A stretch of 64,000 bases of DNA from contig JBMORA010000030.1 in the NCBI GenBank assembly GCA_049320885.1, positions 32,001 through 96,000 on the forward strand, written 5' to 3'. Made by a program: the position numbers and the translations under genes. The stretch comes from Thermodesulfobacteriota bacterium (lineage in GTDB: Bacteria; Desulfobacterota; Desulfobacteria; Desulfobacterales; SURF-7). Positions within the stretch are counted from its first letter, which is position 1. Every line of letters begins with the position of its first letter. Positions 21,973 through 31,452 of the stretch are shown piece after piece. The notes beneath the pieces are model-generated. The model was not told the origin of the DNA. It made no database searches and saw only the letters and a list, made by a program, of their open reading frames with translations.

Positions 21973-22877
21973 ATCACCTTGGCCGGGCAGGACTGGGCGA
22001 AAGACAAGTGCACAGGCTCCTGCAGCAGGCCCTGGTGGGCCAGACAGTTGTAAAAATGCCGGAGCCCCAGTTTTTTGAACGGATCTAGGTCATACCGCAG
22101 CCGGCGGTAATACGTATCCAGAAAGGTGGAATCCAGGCCGGTGGCCCGGGCAACGCAACAGACGACCTGGTCGATATGCCGGATGCCTTGGTTTTTCGAC
22201 CGGACCAGGGCGGCACCGATGGCGGAAACGATGTCCGGGTGATCCAGGGCGAATTGCCGGCGCACCGCCCAGAGGGCGAAGACGAACGGCAGGCCGGTCA
22301 TCCGGCGCCACATCCCCCCCAAATCCCAGATAAACGGGAATCGGCGGGACCAGTCGTTGCGGAGGGCCTTGTCGCCGATCACCAGAAAAGCCGCGACGCC
22401 GGGATCGAGATTCCCGGGGTCTTCAATGCCGGCCGTGATCCATCGGGGGGTTATCCCCCTATGGCTGCAGATCAGTTTCGCCAGAGCCGCCGCCGAGGCG
22501 GACTCATCGGTGATGCAGACCGGTTCTCCCTGCAACCGATGGAGGGGCAGCCGGCTGACCAGGAGCACGCTCATGACGTTTCCAAAACTGGAGATGGACA
22601 GATCCGGCAGGATCTGCCAGTCTCGATGATGAACCGCATAGGCGGCGGATGAAACCGGACTGATATCGATGGCCCCCTCTGCCAGCAGGCGGTTCAATTC
22701 CGCAGGCGTTCCGTTCACCCAGACCGGATCATCCGGCCCGGCCTGCCGGTCCATGTTGTAATAGACCGGCGCGACATTCAAATATTTGATTCTGCCCACG
22801 CGCACTTCCGGCGCGTCCTTCCCCAAGCGATTCATACAGCTCCCTGCCATGAAAATGTCCGTCTCCCTACCTGTCAT
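21804..22877 (-). CDS. mqnA: Chorismate dehydratase
   Basis: GRIKYLNVAP, G.V.SV, IGDKAL and DLG..W...TGLPFVFALW motifs. Start is 22877 (ATGA overlap) or 22850/22835. Confidence 0.88.
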   Translation of the reverse strand: MTGRETDIFMAGSCMNRLGKDAPEVRVGRIKYLNVAPVYYNMDRQAGPDDPVWVNGTPAELNRLLAEGAIDISPVSSAAYAVHHRDWQILPDLSISSFGNVMSVLLVSRLPLHRLQGEPVCITDESASAAALAKLICSHRGITPRWITAGIEDPGNLDPGVAAFLVIGDKALRNDWSRRFPFIWDLGGMWRRMTGLPFVFALWAVRRQFALDHPDIVSAIGAALVRSKNQGIRHIDQVVCCVARATGLDSTFLDTYYRRLRYDLDPFKKLGLRHFYNCLAHQGLLQEPVHLSFAQSCPAKVIYLSRRERPLPSKANSGPLGGGIKPFSAALAKSRRMAFSPSPPTSMEKSLTYREMC

Positions 22878-24124
22878 GCGGTTCCCAAAAGCCTTCCGCC
22901 GGCTGTCGGACCCGACCCGACCAGCGCGGCCGCCAGTTCCTCCCGGGAGGCGGCTTCCAGCGGCAGGTACAGCATGGCACCCTGTTTTCCAGGGGTCAGG
23001 GTCCCGAAATGCGCGGCAAGCCCCAGGGCCGCGGCGCCGTTCTTCGTGGCCATCCGGAGGATCGAGCAAGGCGATAAACCGGGAAACATCCTGGCCAGAA
23101 ACGCCATCTCGTCGAAGATATCCAGGCTGTCCACGCTTGCCAGACTGTCGGTCCCCAGACAGAGGTTCACCCCGCTCCGGTGCAAGGCCTCCACATCCGG
23201 CAATCGCCGATGCAACCGTTGGTTGCTTCTGGGGCAGAGACACACGGACGGTTGATGCTTCCGCAGCAAGTCCCGGTCTTCCCCGTCGCAATGGATGCAA
23301 TGCACCAGGATGGTGCGCCGGTCCAGAAGTCCCAGCCGTTCCAGATAGCGGACCGGCGAGGCCGATCCGACGGGCCAGTCCTGAAAATCAATGCCGCGCT
23401 CCGTCAACAAATCCGCCCACGCGCCCTTCCCTTCCGCAAGAAAAGTCATTTCGTCCTCGGATTCGGCGGCATGGATGGAAAAAGGCGCATCGTCCCCGCG
23501 CGTCCGGCTTTTCAGGGCGGCCAGCACCCCGGGGGACGTGGTATGCGGCCCATGTCCGGCCAGCGCCGCGATCCGGAACGAATCGATTTGCCCGCCCTTC
23601 CCCTCCACGGACAAGGCGGCGGGGTCGCCCCCCAGAAGCTCCTGAAACCAGACGCCGCAAAGCCCGGAAGCGAAAAACATCTCCCGGGTCAGGCCGGTGG
23701 TGGAGATGTCGCCGACCAGCAGACACCCGGAAGCCTTCAGGAACCGGACCGCGTTGCGGGCGCTTTCCAGGAGGCTTGCGGCGTCGATTTCATCCCGCAG
23801 GCGGATGAGCTCGCGCACCCAGGATCGAAATTCCGGCCAAGATCCGATTCTTCCCTGCAAGGCGGACAATTCCAGATGGGTGTGAACATTGGCCAGGGGG
23901 GGCATCAACACGCCGGAACCATGATCCGTAACCAACGCATCCCCCGGCACCCTGCCCCGCCCCACCTCGCGGATGATCCGGTCCTCGATCACCACATAGC
24001 CGTTTTGAAGGATGTCATCCGGGTCCACCATCACCCAGCCGGCGCGATGAACCTGGCGCAAAGCCCCCCGGGGCCGGGAACCCGGCAGCGTAAGCGATGA
24101 TGCCATGGAGCCTGCCGACGTCAT
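22874..24124 (-). CDS. Amidohydrolase, probable aminofutalosine deaminase
   Basis: NVHTHLEL, HAAES and GTDSLAS motifs; lies within the mqn operon. Confidence 0.8.
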   Translation of the reverse strand: MTSAGSMASSLTLPGSRPRGALRQVHRAGWVMVDPDDILQNGYVVIEDRIIREVGRGRVPGDALVTDHGSGVLMPPLANVHTHLELSALQGRIGSWPEFRSWVRELIRLRDEIDAASLLESARNAVRFLKASGCLLVGDISTTGLTREMFFASGLCGVWFQELLGGDPAALSVEGKGGQIDSFRIAALAGHGPHTTSPGVLAALKSRTRGDDAPFSIHAAESEDEMTFLAEGKGAWADLLTERGIDFQDWPVGSASPVRYLERLGLLDRRTILVHCIHCDGEDRDLLRKHQPSVCLCPRSNQRLHRRLPDVEALHRSGVNLCLGTDSLASVDSLDIFDEMAFLARMFPGLSPCSILRMATKNGAAALGLAAHFGTLTPGKQGAMLYLPLEAASREELAAALVGSGPTAGGRLLGTA

Positions 24125-25185
24125 CGGCCATGAACCCGGATGAGGTTGTAAAAACAGTCCCGCTGCCGGGCCTCATATCCGGCATCCTGAATCAGCCGGA
24201 TCATTTCCGCCAGCGGCAGACGGAAATGGACCCCGGCCGCGGCAACGACATTTTCCTCGATCATGGTGCTGCCCAGATCATTGGCGCCGAAGGCCAGGGC
24301 CGCCTGCGCCACCTTTTCCCCCTGGGTGACCCAGGAAGCCTGGATGTTGGGCACATTGTCCAGCATCAGACGGGAAAGCGCCAGCACCCGCAGATACATC
24401 ACGGCGGAGGCTGTTTTTCCGGGAAGGCGGGTGTTCCCGGGCTGAAACGTCCAGGGGATGAAGGCGGTGAACCCGCCGGTCCGATCCTGCAACTCCCGAA
24501 TTTTGGAAAGATGCTCGATGATATGACGGTTCTGTTCAATGTGTCCGAACATCATGGTGGCGGTGGATTTCAGCCCCAGGCCGTGGGCCGTTTCCATCAC
24601 CTCCAGCCATTCCCCGGCAGTGAATTTGCGGGGCGAGATGACGGCGCGGATGTCATCCGCCAAAATCTCGGCGCCGCCGCCGGGAATCGATCCGAGACCA
24701 GCCTCCATGAGCTCCGCCAGCACGTTTTCGACCGACAAGCCGGACTGTCTCGAAATAAACAGGATTTCCGGAGGAGAGAACCCGTGGACGTGAATGGGAA
24801 AGCGGCTCTTGATGAACCGCAGGAGTTTCCGGTAATCCTCCAGTTTCAGCTCCGGGTTCAACCCGCCCTGAAGCAATATCTGGGTTCCCCCCATGTCCAG
24901 GGTCTCCTCGATTTTCCGGCTCAAAACCGCTTCGGTCAGCAGGTAACCCTCCGGATGCCCGGGCTCCCGGTAAAAAGCGCAAAAATCACATCCGGAAAGA
25001 CAGATATTGGTATAATTGATATTGCGGTCGATCACAAAGGTGACGCCATTATCCGGATGGAGTTCAACCCGTTTCTGATGAGCCCGGGCTCCGAGTTCGA
25101 GCAGCTCCGCATGGTCCAGCAGGCGCAGGGCTTCCTGGGCGTCCAGGCGTTCATGACGGCGAGATGTCCGAACAGGGGCGGTCAT
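24121..25185 (-). CDS. mqnC: Cyclic dehypoxanthinyl futalosine synthase (radical SAM)
   Basis: DRNINYTNICLSGCDFCAF, FIPWTFQ, QASWVTQG and EENVV motifs; ATGA overlap with mqnE. Confidence 0.93.
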   Translation of the reverse strand: MTAPVRTSRRHERLDAQEALRLLDHAELLELGARAHQKRVELHPDNGVTFVIDRNINYTNICLSGCDFCAFYREPGHPEGYLLTEAVLSRKIEETLDMGGTQILLQGGLNPELKLEDYRKLLRFIKSRFPIHVHGFSPPEILFISRQSGLSVENVLAELMEAGLGSIPGGGAEILADDIRAVISPRKFTAGEWLEVMETAHGLGLKSTATMMFGHIEQNRHIIEHLSKIRELQDRTGGFTAFIPWTFQPGNTRLPGKTASAVMYLRVLALSRLMLDNVPNIQASWVTQGEKVAQAALAFGANDLGSTMIEENVVAAAGVHFRLPLAEMIRLIQDAGYEARQRDCFYNLIRVHGR

Positions 25186-26303
25186 CCGGCCTCCTCCAGT
25201 CCGTCCACCGGCCGGTAAAACGAATCCCGTTCCACCGGAATGAAACCGGCGTCGGCGATCAATGCCCGCATGTGATCGGATGAAAGGCCCTTGGCGGAGG
25301 TGGCCCCGGCCATATGGGTGATTTTTTCCTCGATGATGGTCCCGTCCAGATCGTCGGCGCCGAAGGAAAGCGCGATCTGGGCCAGTTTCTCCCCGATCAT
25401 GACCCAATAGGCTTTGATGTGATCGAAATTATTCAGCAACAGGCGGGCCGCCACGATATTGCTCAGATCATCGAACGCCGTTGTCGCCGGCAGATGGGCC
25501 AGTTCCGTGTTTTTGGAATGGAAGGCAAGGGGGATGAAAGCCGAAAAGCCGCCGGTGCGGTCCTGAAGATCGCGCAGCCGGATCAAATGGGCCACCCGCT
25601 CCGCAATGGTTTCAATATGGCCGTACAACATGGTGGCGTTGGATGACAGTCCGCATCCATGGGCTGTTTCCACCACCTCGATCCATTTTTCCCAGCTGAT
25701 TTTTTTTGGAAACAGGGCCTGATGAATCCGCTCGTTCATCACCTCGGCACCGCCACCCGGCATCATGCCCAGACCGGCCGCCTGTAATTCGCGGATCACT
25801 TTCTCGATGGAAAGACCGGATATTTTGGAAAAATGATTGATTTCCACGGCCGTGAAGGCCTTGATCGTGGCCAACGGTCGCAGTTCCTTGATGGTACGGA
25901 CCAGGCTCAGATAATAGCTGAAGGGCAAGGCCGGGTTGATTCCTCCCACCACGTGCAGTTCCCGGATGGGTTCCCCCAGGCGCTCCGTCACCCGGTCGCG
26001 AATGTGATCCAGGGCCAGGGTAAACGCGCCGTTGCTCCCCTCCTGTTTTGAAAAGGCACAGAAGCGGCAATGATTGATGCAGACATTTGTATAATTGATA
26101 TGCTGATTATAGACAAAATAGGCCTTGCGGCCATGACGCCGTTTGCGAACTTCGTCGGCTATCCGGGCCTTGCCGATGAGATCCCGGCTTTCATACAGCA
26201 GCATGCCGTCTTCAGGTCCCAGGCGCCGTCCCGCTCTCACTTTTTCCCGGATGGCCAGCAGTCGCTGATCCGATATGGGCAGATCGTACATCTTCTCCAA
26301 CAA
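25182..26303 (-). CDS. mqnE: Aminofutalosine synthase (radical SAM)
   Basis: HINYTNVCINHCRFCAF, HIKAYWVM and DGT..EEKI.HMAGA motifs. Confidence 0.93.
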   Translation of the reverse strand: MLEKMYDLPISDQRLLAIREKVRAGRRLGPEDGMLLYESRDLIGKARIADEVRKRRHGRKAYFVYNQHINYTNVCINHCRFCAFSKQEGSNGAFTLALDHIRDRVTERLGEPIRELHVVGGINPALPFSYYLSLVRTIKELRPLATIKAFTAVEINHFSKISGLSIEKVIRELQAAGLGMMPGGGAEVMNERIHQALFPKKISWEKWIEVVETAHGCGLSSNATMLYGHIETIAERVAHLIRLRDLQDRTGGFSAFIPLAFHSKNTELAHLPATTAFDDLSNIVAARLLLNNFDHIKAYWVMIGEKLAQIALSFGADDLDGTIIEEKITHMAGATSAKGLSSDHMRALIADAGFIPVERDSFYRPVDGLEEAG

Positions 26304-26500
26304 CCCTAATCCTTATGGCAATCCGTTTTTGAAACCGCGGATTATGAAAATGACCACATGGTCACTCCTTATAAAACAGGTAACCATCCAAAGCAAGAAG
26401 ATTCCGCGGGCGGGATCGAAAGCGGTTGCAGTCAAGCGGTTGATTTGGTATTGGTTATCCGGATTTCAATGGTCATCACCCGTATCTCAAAGGATGAAGC

Positions 26501-26884
26501 ATGCTGATTCGGACACATCAGAAGATCGACAACGCGTATTGCGGTGCCCCCGTTGAACTGCAGGACGGGTACAGCAAGGTGGCGTTGACGACCATGGAAG
26601 AAATGGCGGTGGATGAGATGGGCCTCGTCCATGGCGGTTTTATCTTCGGCCTCGCCGATTACGCGGCCATGATTGCCGTGAACCATCCCCATGTGGTTCT
26701 GGGAGCGGCAGATGTCAAATTCACCAAGCCGGTCAGGGTCGGGGACACGGTTACGGCCGTTGCCCGGCTGGAGAAAAACGAAGGCAAGAAACAATCCGTA
26801 TCCGTCACGGTTTCCAGGGCATCCGAAACGGTTTTTACCGGCAATTTCATTTGTTTCATTCTGGAAAAACACGTGCTGGGCTGA
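26501..26884 (+). CDS. PaaI/hot-dog thioesterase
   Basis: GLVHGGFIFGLADYAAM and F.KPV..GD motifs. Confidence 0.85.
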   Translation: MLIRTHQKIDNAYCGAPVELQDGYSKVALTTMEEMAVDEMGLVHGGFIFGLADYAAMIAVNHPHVVLGAADVKFTKPVRVGDTVTAVARLEKNEGKKQSVSVTVSRASETVFTGNFICFILEKHVLG

Positions 26885-26891
26885 CAAACCA

Positions 26892-28292
26892 TCACTTCCT
26901 GCGCACCCGCACCAGTTTGCGGCGCTTCTGGGGGCTGTCGCCGCCGGCCGGAGGGGGGATCGGCGGTCCCAGATGATTCTGGGAAAAGGAGCAGGTGGCC
27001 CGCGGGCATTTCAGGCCGACGCGGTCTTGGGCGGTGAATTCCACCAGGAAGCTGTTCCGGCATAGCGGGCAGGAAAAGGCATGCGGTTTCCCCCAGCTGA
27101 TGAACCCGCAGTTCCCGTTGGAACAGGTATAATATTTCCGACGGGTTTCCGTTTCCTCCATGCGGATCCTGCCGGTGTGACATAAGGGGCATTCCATGGC
27201 CAGGTTTTCCTGGAAGGCCTCGATTTTTTTCTCTATGCCGGGCAGTTCGTCCCCATCCGGCGGAGATTCCGTTTTCTTTTCCTGCAAGCGCATTTCCGCT
27301 TCCCGGGCCTGGATTTCCAGCTCCCGGGCTCTGATCTCGGCTTCCCGGGCTCTGATCTCCGCTTCCCGGGCGGCGATTTCCGCCGCTTTCATTTGCGCCT
27401 CCCGGGCCGCCAGTTCCGCCGCTTTTTGCTCCGCTTCCAGGGCCGCTTGATGAGCCGCCGCCGGCCCGGAATCCGGTACATCCCCGACGGCCGTTCCGTT
27501 CACTGGAAACTCCGGTTCCGACTCCGGCTTTTGTTCCGGCTGCCCGGCAGGCTGTTCCACCGGCCGCTTGGGAAACAACTCCTGGACCGCCACGGCGCCA
27601 GACGGACGAACGCTCTGGTACACCTTGGGAGTCGGAACGGCTTGCTCGTCGCGGCTTCGCAATCTGGACAGGCGCTCGGTAAACGCGGACTTCACGTCTT
27701 CCGATATTTTCCTGGACTCAAAGGATCCGACGACTTTGTCCACATGTTTTTTCAGGGTCTCTTTTTCGTTTTGCTGCAGTTTCTGTTTCGACAGGGGAAT
27801 ACCCTGGGACAGGAGGGTCTGGTCGAACTGTTCGAGAGCATCCTGCAGTTTTTTCCGGTTACTGATCACTTCGTTGATCATCTGCAGGATGTACCCCACC
27901 AGGTTCAATCCGGTCATTCCCGGGAAAAGATTGTCCAGGAAACTCACCAGCGCGAAGGCGGAAATCTGGGCATGGTAGCGGTCATCGTCCAGGATGGCCA
28001 CGTACCCGTGCTGCACCAATGTCTGAAACGAGAGCATCAGGTCATCATCGACCTCCAGTCCGATGTCGGCCAGATCGTCGAAAAAGGTTTCCCGGGTGTA
28101 ACGTTTGGGGGGAGATGCCGGAAATTTGCGGATTTCATTCTCCCGTTCCACGATCAACAGGAGACAGGAAATGGATGAAAGCGTGAATGTAACGGTGTTC
28201 GCAAGGGTCTGCAGCTCCAGCAGGCGCTGAATATGCCTGACGATCACCGCGTCGAATTGCGCCCTGACTTCCGCGAGCTCTGTCTGTTCCAT
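26892..28292 (-). CDS. Hypothetical protein with coiled-coil repeats and C-terminal topoisomerase-type Zn ribbons
   Basis: AREAEIR heptad repeats; CPLC..CSNGNC..W.KP...CPLC..CPRATC. Confidence 0.75.
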   Translation of the reverse strand: MEQTELAEVRAQFDAVIVRHIQRLLELQTLANTVTFTLSSISCLLLIVERENEIRKFPASPPKRYTRETFFDDLADIGLEVDDDLMLSFQTLVQHGYVAILDDDRYHAQISAFALVSFLDNLFPGMTGLNLVGYILQMINEVISNRKKLQDALEQFDQTLLSQGIPLSKQKLQQNEKETLKKHVDKVVGSFESRKISEDVKSAFTERLSRLRSRDEQAVPTPKVYQSVRPSGAVAVQELFPKRPVEQPAGQPEQKPESEPEFPVNGTAVGDVPDSGPAAAHQAALEAEQKAAELAAREAQMKAAEIAAREAEIRAREAEIRARELEIQAREAEMRLQEKKTESPPDGDELPGIEKKIEAFQENLAMECPLCHTGRIRMEETETRRKYYTCSNGNCGFISWGKPHAFSCPLCRNSFLVEFTAQDRVGLKCPRATCSFSQNHLGPPIPPPAGGDSPQKRRKLVRVRRK

Positions 28293-28302
28293 TGGATTGT
28301 TC

Positions 28303-28722
28303 TCAATCCTTGTTTATTTCGGTCATCATCTCGGCTATCTGGGATGCCATCTGGGAAACCTGCTGATTGGCGGGATCCCCGTTCGCCTCAGCACCGGGGT
28401 CATCCTGCACAGTTTCCGATTTCCGGTCTTCATCACTGTACGCTGAATCTCCCTGACGATCAACGGCCGTCACCTCGATGCATTCCCCTTTTCTGTCGAA
28501 TAAAACCGAGAGCGCGACTTTTACATCAAATTCAAGCCGGTAGGCAATTTGCTCGTTGTGAACGACCAAATCCCCTTTGCGATACTCGATTTCATCCTGC
28601 AGACCGAGATGGTATTTTTCGCGGAACAGTTGTTCGATGGCCTGCCAGTCCAAATCTCCGGTAATGGCGTCGATCAGCTCTTTTTCACTGCTTTTGATGG
28701 TTTCGGAATCGGTGATTTTCAC
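28303..28722 (-). CDS. Acidic hypothetical protein
   Basis: 139-aa ORF, co-directional and tightly spaced between the parA-like and Zn-ribbon genes. Confidence 0.7.
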   Translation of the reverse strand: MKITDSETIKSSEKELIDAITGDLDWQAIEQLFREKYHLGLQDEIEYRKGDLVVHNEQIAYRLEFDVKVALSVLFDRKGECIEVTAVDRQGDSAYSDEDRKSETVQDDPGAEANGDPANQQVSQMASQIAEMMTEINKD

Positions 28723-28743
28723 TGGTTCTCCATGGCAAAAAGA

Positions 28744-29511
28744 TCAGTTTTTATATATTATATTGATAAGTTCCACCGAAAAATCGAGATAGGACCGAGC
28801 CCCCCGGCTCATGATGTCATGCAGGTGAACCGGGCGGCTCTTCATAAAAGACTCCGGAACCGCTTTGTCATGGGGGATGCGGGTTGTGAAAGACGGTAGT
28901 CCGCCGGGCAAGCCATCGTCGGAGATTGTCCCCGCCTGGGGCTGATGCCCGCCGGTATCGGCAACCAGGATGCCGGCGATCCGCAATGCCGGATTCAACT
29001 CTTTCTGGACGATTGCGACCACGTCCTGCAAATGCCGCAGCGCGGCGATTCCCCGGGACGTGGGTTGAAACGGAATGACCAGCCAATCCGCCGCGGCCAG
29101 GGTGCAAACCGTAAAAAAGCCCAGGGTGGACGGCGAGTCCATTACAATGATATCGAAGGAGGGCGAGGATTTCCGGGCCAGTCTGCTCAGAATCATTTCT
29201 TTGCCGGGCTTCACGGCCAGTTTATACTCGGCCTGAAACAAATCAATCCGGGACGGCAGAATATGGAGCCGGTCCAGCTCCGTCGCCTTCATGATATCAT
29301 CCGGCAGGGCCTGACCCATGAAGGCGTCATACAGGGACGGCCCCTGATCCATATCCGGAATCCCCAGCCATTGTGTGGCCGCGGCCTGGGGATCGCAGTC
29401 CATCAGCAGGGTCGTTTTTTCCATCAGCGCAAAGGACGCCGCCAGACTGACGGCGGTAGCGGTCTTGCCGCTTCCGGCTATTTGGTTGGATATGCAGATG
29501 ATTTCAGTCAT
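28744..29511 (-). CDS. ParA/Soj-family ATPase (divergent)
   Basis: NQIAGSGKTATA, DCDPQ and DSP..LG motifs. Confidence 0.85.
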   Translation of the reverse strand: MTEIICISNQIAGSGKTATAVSLAASFALMEKTTLLMDCDPQAAATQWLGIPDMDQGPSLYDAFMGQALPDDIMKATELDRLHILPSRIDLFQAEYKLAVKPGKEMILSRLARKSSPSFDIIVMDSPSTLGFFTVCTLAAADWLVIPFQPTSRGIAALRHLQDVVAIVQKELNPALRIAGILVADTGGHQPQAGTISDDGLPGGLPSFTTRIPHDKAVPESFMKSRPVHLHDIMSRGARSYLDFSVELINIIYKN

Positions 29512-29773
29512 ATTGTTTTTTACCACACAAATGAATATTTGGGAAGACGGTTTTCCGGAGAGCGCCGGGAAATCGCATTCAAAAGGCCAAACAGGCACTC
29601 CTTCATCCCTGCTGGAAGCAGCGGCCGGGGGAAAAGCGGCTGCTTGAACAATCGCAACAACTATCGTATACTCCGGTTGTCTGTTTCCCCGCGACCGTTT
29701 TCTGCGCTTTCACCCGGGGCCGCGATTGGTTGGATGCCGTGGGAACGGCCGGTCCGAATCCCGAGGAGGCTGC

Positions 29774-31447
29774 TTGCCGTCTTCCATATCCCTTGAAGGT
29801 ATTGATCTGGCCATCGCCCATCTGAATTATCGCAATGTCCACGCGCCCAAATACAAACTCATTCACGCCATCCGGCGGTATTATGATTCCGCCGACGCCA
29901 TCCGAAAACTCCGGCGCATCGACACGGCAGAACTGATCCGGCTCATCTGGGATCTTGGTGACGATCCGGATCTGATCAAATCCAAGCGGAAAAATTTCAA
30001 CAGCATCCGTTCCACCGTGAACGCCGACCTCCTGAATCTGTATCGCGACGATAAAAATCCCGAAGGGATCGCCATCTCCGCCGACAACATCTTCGAAATG
30101 TCGGACAGCGCCAAGGATGAACTCCTTTCCTCCTTTTCCGACGCCGTTCAATCAGGCGGCGGCGCATCCCTGAAAAAAATATCCGAGGTGCTGGGCCTGC
30201 TGAATGAGCTCCTGACGGAACCGCAAAAACTCACGGAAACGGATTCAAGGGACGAACTGCTTAGGATCGCGGAACTGGTGAAAGGCTTGTCCCAAAAAGT
30301 CGTCGGCGACGGTGGGGCGGACGTCCGCCCCGGCGAGTCGCCATCCGGTCAGACCGACGACCTGGAAACCGTGGACGAGGACGAGATCGTCGAGGTCGAC
30401 GAGGACCTGGTGGAGACCCTGGAGGAAGAAGCGGCCGCCGACGCTCCGGCCGACGACCTGGAAACCGTGGACGAGGACGAGATCGTCGAGGTCGACGAGG
30501 ACCTGGAAACCGTGGATGAAGACGAGATCGTGGAAGTCGATGAGTGGCCTCCTGGTGACTTGGGCGCCGAGGTCGGCATGCCGTTCGGCCCCGCAGATGA
30601 ACACCGCCCTGAACCGGACGATGATCTCCTGTCGGAACAATTTGACGGGTATCTGGGCGCCATGGAACGCTATTACAACCAGTACATCCATGTACCCGCC
30701 GGCGAATATACCATCGGGAGAAAGCGGCCTCACACCAACGAATTGCCTCTTCAGCAGGTCTATCTCCCCGGTTTTTACATGGGCAAATACCCGGTGACCA
30801 ATGCCCTTTTCGAGGTCTTCGTGGAAAAAACCGGCTATGTAACCACAGCGGAAAAAAGAGGCTGGGGGATCGTGTACGTCGGACGCTTCCGGAATGACCG
30901 GGACCCCAAAACCGGCAAACGCAAGTCCCTGTGGAATACCAGCACCCAAAAAAATCAGGTCCAGGGAGCGTTCTGGTATCAACCGGCGGGTCCGGGCAGC
31001 ACCCTGCATCACAAACGCAATCACCCGGTGGTCCAGGTCAGCCTGGCCGATGCCCGGGCCTTTGCCGCCTGGACCGGGAAAAGACTGCCCGGCGAGCTGG
31101 AGTGGGAGGCCGCCATGCGATCGGATTCGGCTTTCGTCTATCCCTGGGGCAACGAATGGCGTGAAAAAAACTGCAACACGGAAAAATCCGCCGTGGCCGA
31201 CACCACGCCCGTGGACCGGTATCCCGAGGGCCTCAACTCCTTCGGCATCGCCGACGCCATCGGCAATGTGCTGGAATGGACCGCCGACGAAACCAAAACA
31301 CCCTTTGCAGCCGTTCGCAAGGCCGTGTACCATAGCGTGCGGGGCGGCAGCTGGATCTCAGGAGACGAGGTCACCCTGCTCACCCGTTTCCGGTTTGAAG
31401 TCACCTACACCTCCAACATTCTGGGATTCCGCTGCGTGGCGGATTGA
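29774..31447 (+). CDS. FGE-sulfatase/SUMF1-domain protein with acidic repeat linker
   Basis: YPVTN, HPVVQVS, RLP.E.EWE.A, YPWGN, GNVLEW, RGGSW and GFRC motifs; TTG start after GAGGAGG. Confidence 0.85.
   Translation: MPSSISLEGIDLAIAHLNYRNVHAPKYKLIHAIRRYYDSADAIRKLRRIDTAELIRLIWDLGDDPDLIKSKRKNFNSIRSTVNADLLNLYRDDKNPEGIAISADNIFEMSDSAKDELLSSFSDAVQSGGGASLKKISEVLGLLNELLTEPQKLTETDSRDELLRIAELVKGLSQKVVGDGGADVRPGESPSGQTDDLETVDEDEIVEVDEDLVETLEEEAAADAPADDLETVDEDEIVEVDEDLETVDEDEIVEVDEWPPGDLGAEVGMPFGPADEHRPEPDDDLLSEQFDGYLGAMERYYNQYIHVPAGEYTIGRKRPHTNELPLQQVYLPGFYMGKYPVTNALFEVFVEKTGYVTTAEKRGWGIVYVGRFRNDRDPKTGKRKSLWNTSTQKNQVQGAFWYQPAGPGSTLHHKRNHPVVQVSLADARAFAAWTGKRLPGELEWEAAMRSDSAFVYPWGNEWREKNCNTEKSAVADTTPVDRYPEGLNSFGIADAIGNVLEWTADETKTPFAAVRKAVYHSVRGGSWISGDEVTLLTRFRFEVTYTSNILGFRCVAD
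30354..30544 (+). repeat. Intragenic direct repeats encoding DDLETVDEDEIVEVDE
   Basis: 57-bp exact copies at 30354-30410 and 30450-30506, plus a degenerate third copy ending at 30544. Confidence 0.9.
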
Positions 31448-31452
31448 GGCTC

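Noticed and set aside
22878..23300. Long N-terminal extensions in the ORF track for mqnA (also mqnC, traB, traV)
   Set aside because: They overlap upstream genes in another frame. Better starts exist at ATGA overlaps or RBS-preceded ATGs.
27295..27425. 21-bp-period repeats
   Set aside because: Explained by the AREAEIR coiled-coil heptads of the encoded protein.
30354..30544. Direct repeats considered as a CRISPR array
   Set aside because: They are in-frame coding repeats without regular unique spacers, and there are no cas genes.
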